Under the pieces are notes generated by a model. It was given only the letters and a program-made list of their open reading frames with translations. It was not told the DNA's origin and searched no databases. The position numbers were made by a program, and so were the translations under genes. From assembly GCA_913059105.1 (NCBI GenBank), contig CAJXRL010000001.1, forward strand, positions 1 through 47,525: a DNA stretch of 47,525 nt, written 5' to 3'. The stretch comes from an uncultured Flavobacteriales bacterium (lineage in GTDB: Bacteria; Bacteroidota; Bacteroidia; Flavobacteriales_E; Vicingaceae). Shown here one piece after another: positions 29,401 to 36,077 of this stretch (positions within the stretch are counted from its first letter, which is position 1; every line of letters starts with the position of its first letter).

Positions 29401-29809
29401 CATTCCTGATGAATATGTGAGCAGTGTTGCTGAACGAATTAACCTGTACAAAGAGTTAGATAATTACGAGACAGAAGAAGAATTAGCCAATTTCGAAAAA
29501 GAGTTGATCGATCGTTTTGGTCCGGTCCCTGAGCCGACCAAAGAGATGATCCAAGCACTACGCTTGCGTTGGATTGGTAAAGCTGTTGGAATTGAAAAGT
29601 TAGTGTTGAAACAGAACAAATTGATTTGTTACTTTATTTCTAATCAAGACTCTCTGTATTACCAATCTCCGCTATTTACCAAGGTGCTGAACTTTGTACA
29701 GAAAAACCCTAACCTATGTACCCTAAAAGAACGAAACGGAAGGTTGAGTTTGGTTTTTGAACATGTTAAAACGATTGTGAAGGCGTTGAGTTTGTTGGGG
29801 AGAGTTTAA
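26492..29809 (+). CDS. mfd: Transcription-repair coupling factor
   Basis: 1105 aa. CarD/TRCF RNAP-interacting region (GDFIVHIDHGVGKF). SF2 helicase motifs GDVGFGKTEVA, IIDEEQKFG and TATPIPRT, plus QMRGRVGRS. Confidence 0.95.
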   Translation: MKLDDLKNRYQNDKRVTAIAEKLRNDPLSHVQLLGSVGSLNAFISYGISLNLPINQFIVLPDKEEAAYFLNDLEALVGERALFYPSSYRKAYEIEKTDNANIQLRAEVLNKISAKEQQYFIVSYPEALSEYVITEKNLQKNTLEIHLNDSLSIEFLVETLNEYHFERVDFVGDPGQFSVRGGIMDIYSFANENPYRIEFFGDEIDSIRVFDPATQLSIKKLTRIAILPNVQQKILEEARVPIFQFMPDNTLFWFKDFSICRDKVGEQFTQNKEIFDKLMSPLSHVPPEELFISKDQFIRASVRLNTIEFGSQTYFQQDMKVEFKSSPQPAFNKNFELLSKDLADNTEAGIDNVLVANNAKQIERLYTIFEDIGKEHEMETILLSIHEGFVDHEQKLAIYTDHQIFNRYHRFRLKEGFKRKDQAITLKELHNLTPGDFIVHIDHGVGKFSGLEKITTNGKTQETIRILYRNQDILYISIHSLHRISKFVGKDGTPPSVDKLGSDTWKKLKAKTKKNVKMVAYDLIKLYAERKQKKGFAFAPDNYLQNELEASFLYEDTPDQFKSTQDVKADMEASTPMDRLVCGDVGFGKTEVAIRAAFKAVCDSKQVAILVPTTILAWQHFQTFKSRLKDFPVKVDYINRFKTKKQQKETLEKVNSGEVDILIGTHRIVGKDVKFKDLGLMIIDEEQKFGVSVKDKLKLFKVNVDTLTLTATPIPRTLQFSLMKARDLSVINTPPPNRQPILTEVRTFDEELIRDAIAYEISRGGQVFFIHNRVQNIKEVAGMIQRLVPDARVLTGHGQLKGEDLEERMMSFINHEYDVLVATTIIESGLDIPNANTIIINNSNNFGLSDLHQMRGRVGRSNKKAFCYLLAPPMISLTPEARKRLQALEQFSDLGSGFQIAMKDLDIRGAGNLLGAEQSGFISEIGFDMYQKILNEAIQELKETEFKEMYDELQTAFVHDCQIETDLEILIPDEYVSSVAERINLYKELDNYETEEELANFEKELIDRFGPVPEPTKEMIQALRLRWIGKAVGIEKLVLKQNKLICYFISNQDSLYYQSPLFTKVLNFVQKNPNLCTLKERNGRLSLVFEHVKTIVKALSLLGRV

Positions 29810-29869
29810 CGCCCGTGTAAAGTGTCGTTGGGCTCTTGATAAAGATACTATTAGCAATTAATTAAAGAG

Positions 29870-29929
29870 CAAAATCGCCTTACGATTTTTTAATTTTATC
29901 TCAATTATGAAATTGTCAAGGCGATTTTG
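29870..29929. terminator. 12-bp perfect inverted repeat hairpin (CAAAATCGCCTT ... AAGGCGATTTTG); the left arm also forms a short local hairpin followed by a T-run. Likely the mfd terminator, possibly bidirectional
   Basis: Arms at 29870-29881 and 29918-29929 are exact reverse complements. The nested small stem AAAATCG/CGATTTT (29871-29889) is followed by TTAATTTT. It lies 60 nt after the mfd stop. Confidence 0.4.
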
Positions 29930-30207
29930 TGGGCTTAACAGGTAAATGCCAATGTGCCGTAACCGACTTACGTCCAATGCATATTACATTATGTTGTGGT
30001 GCGTTATTGGAATTGAGACTAGTTCTCCATCCAATAACCTCGAGCCTTGTATTCAGTCACACCGATAAGGCACGTTTGACTTTTGTAAGCTGCCAATTTG
30101 AAACGCCAAGCTTGGCTGATTTTTTCTGCTAAAAATCTACTTTGCTAAAGTTGGCGAAGTCCGCAGCTAGAGTGTGGAGTCAAGCAGTTTAGAATAAAGT
30201 AGGAGTA

Positions 30208-30288
30208 ACAATTTTGCAGAACTGAAATATCGGAATAGTTATAAGTCAAGCCGATAATTAATAGTTGAAAAGGTACAATTTTGCAGAA
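30208..30288 (+). repeat. Two direct copies of a ~30-nt element with identical 14-nt core ACAATTTTGCAGAA, 67 nt apart
   Basis: Cores at 30208-30221 and 30275-30288. Flanks are partly conserved (..CTGAAATATCGG vs ..TTAAGATATACG). The core resembles a near-consensus -7 box (CAATTTTG vs TAnnTTTG). Confidence 0.35.
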
Positions 30289-30336
30289 TTAAGATATACG
30301 TTATGTTGTCTGCACAAAAACTAATTTTTGGTTAAG

Positions 30337-30822
30337 CTAACCACCATGATAGATTTCCTCTGTAATACATCTAATATCGAACTTCATTGTAAAACCCCTT
30401 AATGAAGCGTAATTAGCTTGAGTCAAATTTTGAATTCTAATTGAAAATGATTTTTTAATTGTAGCTGCGTATGGTTTATCCATCATTAGTTCAATGGTTA
30501 TTTCTTTTATCTCTTTCGGTTGAATGGTTATCCTTTTATTAATAGGGAATTGTCGAGTTAATGTGAATTCATTTTGTCCAACAGATAATTTATAATTTAA
30601 TGTTGGTTTAATAATAAAGTAAATAAATACTATAACACAAATACAGAAGAAGCTAATAATTAATACCAATAATTTTGATTTTTCGAATGCACCACAACAC
30701 CCAGATAAACGAAAAGGTGCGTTTATTTCTCTTTCGTTCTGAAGTGTTTTCGAAACACCAAGATACGAGAAATAGTGTTTGATTAAGGTTGTAGTTTGTA
30801 ACGTATTGTCAACAGAATCCAA
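30337..30822 (-). CDS. Hypothetical single-pass membrane protein (orphan)
   Basis: 161-aa ORF with one strong TM (LLVLIISFFCICVIVFIYFII) preceded by a CC pair. I recognise no family, and the start codon is uncertain. Confidence 0.35.
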   Translation of the reverse strand: MDSVDNTLQTTTLIKHYFSYLGVSKTLQNEREINAPFRLSGCCGAFEKSKLLVLIISFFCICVIVFIYFIIKPTLNYKLSVGQNEFTLTRQFPINKRITIQPKEIKEITIELMMDKPYAATIKKSFSIRIQNLTQANYASLRGFTMKFDIRCITEEIYHGG

Positions 30823-30860
30823 TTGTTAAAAGCTTTCGTGCCTTCTTCGTAAGGTGCTCC

Positions 30861-31409
30861 TCACGGCGAAGAACGTTCTTCAACGTACATTGGGGAAATG
30901 TCAGTATAGAGCTGATATGCGACGTTCACGCCATAACGGTCAGTAATTTGATAACCAATCCCAATTTTTGTTTGCCAGGCCAATTGGAACTAGTTTACTT
31001 TAAGGTAATCTAGTTTTGTATAATTGTTGCCGCTGTTTGAAAAGATATAGCTTAAAACTGGTCCTGTTCCTACAATTCCATGGAGTTTTTTACCAAGGTG
31101 AAATGCTATTCCTAAAGGAACTCTAATGTAGTCCAGACCTGTTTGGTCAGTTCTCCAAGTGTCATAACTCAAGGAAGCATGGTAACCAAAAATTACTTTT
31201 TTAGGAGTGTAGTAAAATCCCACTCCAATGCGGTAAAAATAGAAGGGCGTTGGCTTTAATGCTCCTTCTGTTTCAATGCTAGGAAAGAAAGGAGGGTTAA
31301 ATACACTGCCGTTCCCTGCTCCGGGATTTATGCTTATTTCTTGTTTTTTAGCACTCATTAAAATAACTGAAAAACATAAAATATACAGAAGAGTGAAGTG
31401 TTTTCTAAT
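30861..31409 (-). pseudogene. Small outer-membrane beta-barrel (OmpA-like/porin family) gene, apparently disrupted (no canonical start, in-frame TAG)
   Basis: The track ORF 30990-31358 lacks a signal peptide. The frame stays open 17 codons upstream and encodes a typical signal peptide (I-RKHFTLLYILCFSVILMSAKKQ) that begins with ATT directly after a TAA. Past the TAG at 30990-30992 the same frame continues for 42 codons with beta-strand-like sequence (KIGIGYQITDRYGVNVAYQLY). Confidence 0.4.
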
Positions 31410-31705
31410 TTAACGATTTACTGTCTATTGGTTTAGATCAATCAAGATAAGAGAAAAATCTTGATTCATAAAAAAGGAAATAGCAGTAAAAGATGCTACT
31501 AGTGTAAAAGTGTTGGAGTGAAAGAATTTCCTTTTCCGCATTTAGAAAATGGTACCCCTCTTTCAATACTTTAAAGGAGTGCACAATAAGAAAGTACAGC
31601 GAAAAGCCAATTAAAAAGAGCAATAAGAAAAACCTATGGGAACAAAATAAATCACAAGTAGTTCAACGAACATATTTTCCGCAGTCGAGTACACGGTAAA
31701 GAAGA

Positions 31706-33721
31706 TTATTTTGAAGAAGTAAACTGATAAAAATGATGCATGCTAAACACATGTGGCAAACTTAAACAGGATAGAATACTGAAGAATAGACCGATGTAAT
31801 TTTCATCTTCAAACAGTAAAAAATAGAAAATAATACCTGCACCACCAATGGTAAAAGGAAAAGCATTTTTCCACATTACGGATGATTCTTTTTTTAAACC
31901 GACGGAAAGGTGATTCCAGCCATTGATGCTATGCTGCAAGACGAAGTATATTCCAAATGCCATCAATAAAGACAATTGACTTGCCATTAAAAGATAAATT
32001 AACGTGATTAGCAAGTAGGTAGATTTGTTTAGTCGTGCTAAAATAAGACCAGAAGAAACACTCAATACTTGAATGAACAATAATGCATTATGAGGTATTT
32101 CATGAACTAGGTTTAGAGCAGCTAGATTAGGGATTTGCTTAAGAATATCGCTTAGTTCTTCTGCATGGAAAAATAGAATCACGGTTAAAAGGATAACACC
32201 CCATAAGAAGGACTGCCAACCCTGCTTTAAGTTCCATTCTTTAAAATCGGCTTGACCAAAGTGCCAAGCAGAATAGAGTATAAAAAGCGCTAATGCCACA
32301 TCGGAGGAAAACCACCAAACTAATCCAAAAAGAGCACCCTTCAGTAGGTAGCTCAGCACAAAGCAGATGAGTTGTTTAGAAGTTATAATATTCTGGGAGG
32401 TGAGATGATCTAAAGCCCCATGTGCTAGCCCTACCGATAAAAATCCTGGAGCTAAAATGCCCCATGCAATAAATTCAAACTGTAAGAAAGAAAGCAGGAT
32501 GGCAATAGGGGTAAAAATTAAAGGCAATGTTATAATTGGCAATCGATTAATTTGGTGATAGATATCTTTTAAAGCTGCTGTTATAAATAGTTTTTTGGGT
32601 AATTTAGAAAAAATAAATACTTCTTCTGAAAGCGTTGTTTTTTCTCTTAAAAACCTCAGTACGTTAATTAATGGGACCTTTTTAAATAGCATTTCAAATA
32701 CTTTTTTTCCTTGAAGAGGAGTATTGCTCAATATTTTTAATAGCAATCGACCATAAAATGAAAACCTGCCATTTCTTGCTTCTCTCGCAGGTTTTTGATT
32801 ACTTTTTAATGCTTTCGTTTGCAAAACCGCGTCTTCAGTCATGGAATGAAAAGCATAGCCTGTAGAGCATTTTAATAGGTTCGCTCGCGCTCCCATATTG
32901 ATCCAATTGTCTCCAAAGTCAGCAACTTCAATTTTACCAGAATGCATAGGAATTACGCCTACTTCATCTTCTAATTTTTCGAAGGTCGTATCCAATTCTT
33001 GCACATAGTCTCGCAGAATGGTATGAGCTTCTTCTTTGGTTAACTTTTCTTTACCAAATCGGGTTAATTCAACAAGCGCTGTATCAGACTCAAATGGGAG
33101 AACATAAATAAATTGTGTATAACCATTTTGAGGAATTTTAAAATCCATCAAGACCATGGAGGAGGTATCAAACACTTGTTTATCCGTTTTAATTTTCCAT
33201 CCGTAAAATGATTGGTATAGACGACTTTCGTTCTTTTGTAGTTTTGAGAATGTAGGTGGACGACTGTCATAAACTTTATGACAACGAAATACCGATCCAC
33301 CAGTAGTAACTTCTATATAATCAGAGCCTGTACTAGTAGTATTATCTAAGGTGCTTCGAAAATAGGTAACCTCACTTAGGCTTAAAATTTCTTTTGTTTT
33401 GTTAGAAAGGTCAGCTCCTTTTACCTGATAATAACTTAATGGCTGTATGTTTTGTTTGGCGATTCCAGTAATCTCAATTTGTTGCCAACTGCAGCTAACC
33501 AACTCTTCAAGATTCAGGGAAAAAAGTTCTTCTTTTGTGGACCAAAAACAGAATGTTTTATCATCGGTTAATTTACTGCGTGGTTCAATAATGGCAATTG
33601 TTTTTCCATCGAGTAAGCCGTTTTTGTAAAGACTTAAAATCAGCAAACTGTTAGCCGCGCCAAGTCCAATAAATAGGAAATCGTATACTGAATAAGTATT
33701 GGCTAAAGCTGGCTGTTTCAT
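31706..33721 (-). CDS. crtY-blh: Fusion protein: CrtY-type lycopene beta-cyclase (aa ~1-390) + Brp/Blh beta-carotene 15,15'-dioxygenase (aa ~395-671)
   Basis: The N-terminal half has the FAD fold YDFLFIGLGAANSLL, then FIYVLPF..ALVELTRF, EVGVIPMHSG, GARANLLKCSTGYAF and the C-terminal LRFLREKTTLSEE block, all colinear with CrtY. The C-terminal half is polytopic with Brp/Blh-type His motifs (LAHGALDH, SAWHFGQ, LQHSINGWNH, PHVFSMHH). It is a single uninterrupted 671-codon frame. Confidence 0.85.
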   Translation of the reverse strand: MKQPALANTYSVYDFLFIGLGAANSLLILSLYKNGLLDGKTIAIIEPRSKLTDDKTFCFWSTKEELFSLNLEELVSCSWQQIEITGIAKQNIQPLSYYQVKGADLSNKTKEILSLSEVTYFRSTLDNTTSTGSDYIEVTTGGSVFRCHKVYDSRPPTFSKLQKNESRLYQSFYGWKIKTDKQVFDTSSMVLMDFKIPQNGYTQFIYVLPFESDTALVELTRFGKEKLTKEEAHTILRDYVQELDTTFEKLEDEVGVIPMHSGKIEVADFGDNWINMGARANLLKCSTGYAFHSMTEDAVLQTKALKSNQKPAREARNGRFSFYGRLLLKILSNTPLQGKKVFEMLFKKVPLINVLRFLREKTTLSEEVFIFSKLPKKLFITAALKDIYHQINRLPIITLPLIFTPIAILLSFLQFEFIAWGILAPGFLSVGLAHGALDHLTSQNIITSKQLICFVLSYLLKGALFGLVWWFSSDVALALFILYSAWHFGQADFKEWNLKQGWQSFLWGVILLTVILFFHAEELSDILKQIPNLAALNLVHEIPHNALLFIQVLSVSSGLILARLNKSTYLLITLIYLLMASQLSLLMAFGIYFVLQHSINGWNHLSVGLKKESSVMWKNAFPFTIGGAGIIFYFLLFEDENYIGLFFSILSCLSLPHVFSMHHFYQFTSSK

Positions 33722-33744
33722 CTGTCCTTGAATGGATAATGTTG

Positions 33745-33784
33745 CATAAAAAAGGGGTGATAATTTTAAACTATCACCCCTTTA
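33745..33784 (-). terminator. Rho-independent terminator immediately downstream of the rhodopsin gene
   Basis: The minus strand reads AAAGGGGTGATAG-TTTAAAAT-TATCACCCCTTTTTTATG. This is a 9-12 bp GC-containing stem followed by a T6 run. It starts ~20 nt after the rhodopsin stop and ends ~25 nt before the crtY-blh ATG. Confidence 0.6.
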
Positions 33785-33802
33785 TTTCATTATTGTGATA
33801 GA

Positions 33803-34534
33803 TTATGCTTTTACTGTTGCATTGTCTGTTCTGCTTAAGGCATAAATCACTAAACCAAAACCGATTTTGTTAATTGCATCCGCAATGTTGTAAACGATAT
33901 CCATAGCATTAAGTGCTGCTGCTGTATCTTGTACTAGTTGAATTCCAAATAATCCGCCAGGAGTACCGAGGATGTACCCTAAAGGATAAATTGCCCATCC
34001 GACTAAAACAAACCAGCCAAGTATTTTGGTAGCTTTTGCTACTTGAGGACCTGCTTCCTGAGCAAGTTTTGAAACTTCTCCAAACCAAACTAGGTATACG
34101 ATATAGAAGTATGCTATTCCTGATAATACGCCCCAAAGTACACTGCTATCTCTGTCTAAAACTTCTCCAACATAACCTGTTACTAGCATCACTAACGATG
34201 CAAATATCAATTTCCAAAGCAAACCAATTTTTGCACCTGCCTTTTTGGTAATTAAGTAAAATTCCACACACATTAATGGTACAGTTAAGATCCAATCAAC
34301 ATAACGGAAAAATGTAGGCGATTCACCCGTCTCAAGGTTATAACTTCTCATGTAGTAGTAATGCACTGCTGCAATAAAAGTAATTAAGCCTGAAACAAGA
34401 ACTGAGGTTCTCCACTGTTTAGAGGTGTTGTTCAACTCCAAAAAGAAAAATACTGATGCGGCCATCATAGCCATTGTTCCAATAAAGAACGTGAAAGCAA
34501 CATAATTGTCGCTGGCAATTTTTAAATGTTCCAT
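33803..34534 (-). CDS. Proteorhodopsin-type light-driven proton pump (DTE motif, Met at spectral-tuning position)
   Basis: 243 aa with 7 TM helices. Helix C is FRYVDWILTVPLMCVEFY, giving D80/T84/E91, equivalent to D97/T101/E108 of green proteorhodopsin. Also present are H58 (equivalent to H75), M88 (position 105), counterion D219 and Schiff-base K223 in NIADAINKIGFG. Confidence 0.95.
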   Translation of the reverse strand: MEHLKIASDNYVAFTFFIGTMAMMAASVFFFLELNNTSKQWRTSVLVSGLITFIAAVHYYYMRSYNLETGESPTFFRYVDWILTVPLMCVEFYLITKKAGAKIGLLWKLIFASLVMLVTGYVGEVLDRDSSVLWGVLSGIAYFYIVYLVWFGEVSKLAQEAGPQVAKATKILGWFVLVGWAIYPLGYILGTPGGLFGIQLVQDTAAALNAMDIVYNIADAINKIGFGLVIYALSRTDNATVKA

Positions 34535-34835
34535 AATTTTAGTTTAAATGTTTAAGTAATTGTTTATTTAGAAGCTAACATAAAAATGTTAATAATGTTT
34601 AATGTTTTGTAAAAACAGTTAAACAAAAATTAAATATCCTCTAAATATGAAAATTTAAAAATCTATAAAACAGCACTTTGTCCTATGCTGAAAGAAAAAA
34701 TATTTTTTTAAAAAACAGTCTAAAAATGCTTGTGAGTTGGAAATAAAATAAGTATTTAACGTAAAAGGTGTCGTAATTTTTACCTACCAAAATTGAAAAA
34801 ATAGCTCTTCCATGAGAAATTTTAGAGTCTAGCAC

Positions 34836-36077
34836 TTAATTCGCCCGAATCGCCTCTACAGGATCTAATCGACTAGCTTGGTAAGAAGGAATGATCCCAG
34901 CAAGAATGCCAATTCCGGCAGAGAGCCCAAATCCGAGTGCAATGTTGTTGATTCCTAAAGTGGTAGGAAAGTCGAGGACATAAGTCATTGCCAAGGTACC
35001 TAGAAAGATAAGAAGTAGTCCTACAGCGCCGCCTATCAGGCAAAGAAAAACAGACTCAAATAAAAATTGGAAAAGGATAAAAAAGTTTTTTGCTCCCAAA
35101 GATTTTTGAATTCCTATAAGGCTAGTTCTCTCTTTTACCGAAACAAACATAATGTTGGCAATACTAAAACCACCCACTAGAATAGAGAAAATGCCAATCA
35201 CAAATCCGGCGACATTAATTACTCCAAAAATCTGATCAAAACCTTGAGAAATCATACTCAATTTGTTGAGGGCAAAGTTGTCATTCACCTTTGGTTTCAG
35301 TTTTCGCAAGGAACGCATTACCCCTGTTAATTCATCTGTTAAAGCTTCAGTTGCTCCTGGTTTTGCTTTTACCATAATAACAGCACCAGAATTTCTACTC
35401 CTTAGGTTGTAAAAGTTTCGTGCAAATGGAAGGGGCATGAACATTTTTCTGTCGTTAGAGGGGCCCATCATGCTTTCGCCTTCTTTTAGCATCACACCAA
35501 TAACTTCAACTTTTCTTCCTTTAATTTTTATTTTCTTACCCAAAGCGTTGCTAGTTCCAAATAAGGAGCTTGCAATGTCAGCTCCAATAACGGTAACAGG
35601 TCGACCAGTGTTACATTCTAAGTCTGTAATGTATCGACCTTTTTCAATAGATAAATCCCAAATGTTATTGTATTCTGAGGTAACACCGTTTCCTTCTACA
35701 TTGTCAATGGAGTTATTTTTATATTTAAGGGTGTTCCTGCCGCCTAATACCATTGCAACAGATTCAGCATTTTGAAGCTGTTTTTTTAGCATTTTGAATT
35801 CATCTAAATCTGGCTGCGGTCGTCTTATATAGTCCCACCAAGCTTGGTTTGGATCAAAATCCCAAGGCATCTGAGCAACATAAATTACATCATCCCCCAA
35901 ACTTGAAATACTATCTCGGATGTTATTCTCTAAAGAATCTACCACTGTAAAAACAGATACCATGGCAAAAATTCCAATGGTAATTCCGAGTAGGGAAAGT
36001 ATAGTTCGCAATTTGTTGACAATGAGCGAGTCAATTGCGAATAGTAAACTTTCTTTTAAGAGCCTTAAGTAGAGCAT
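34836..36077 (-). CDS. ABC transporter permease, MacB/FtsX family
   Basis: N-terminal TM, a large periplasmic MacB_PCD-like domain, then a C-terminal FtsX four-helix region (VKERTSLIGIQKSLGAKN, ..SYQASRLDPVEAIR). Length is 413 aa. No ATPase gene is adjacent. Confidence 0.85.
   Translation of the reverse strand: MLYLRLLKESLLFAIDSLIVNKLRTILSLLGITIGIFAMVSVFTVVDSLENNIRDSISSLGDDVIYVAQMPWDFDPNQAWWDYIRRPQPDLDEFKMLKKQLQNAESVAMVLGGRNTLKYKNNSIDNVEGNGVTSEYNNIWDLSIEKGRYITDLECNTGRPVTVIGADIASSLFGTSNALGKKIKIKGRKVEVIGVMLKEGESMMGPSNDRKMFMPLPFARNFYNLRSRNSGAVIMVKAKPGATEALTDELTGVMRSLRKLKPKVNDNFALNKLSMISQGFDQIFGVINVAGFVIGIFSILVGGFSIANIMFVSVKERTSLIGIQKSLGAKNFFILFQFLFESVFLCLIGGAVGLLLIFLGTLAMTYVLDFPTTLGINNIALGFGLSAGIGILAGIIPSYQASRLDPVEAIRAN

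Noticed and set aside
29929-30132. 67-aa GTG-initiated ORF in the mfd-downstream gap. It shares the 11-mer TGTTGTGGTGC (a Cys-Cys-Gly-Ala peptide) with the minus-strand ORF 30337-30822.
   Set aside because: Many exact 11-mer matches are expected by chance in 47 kb. The peptide has no recognisable features, and its GTG start overlaps the hairpin arm. I treat it as non-coding.
31438-31623. 61-aa hydrophobic ORF (TTG start) just downstream of crtY-blh.
   Set aside because: It has AT-rich low-complexity (Phe/Tyr/Leu/Ser) composition and a non-ATG start, and no family resemblance. It is probably spurious, although a small membrane peptide cannot be excluded.
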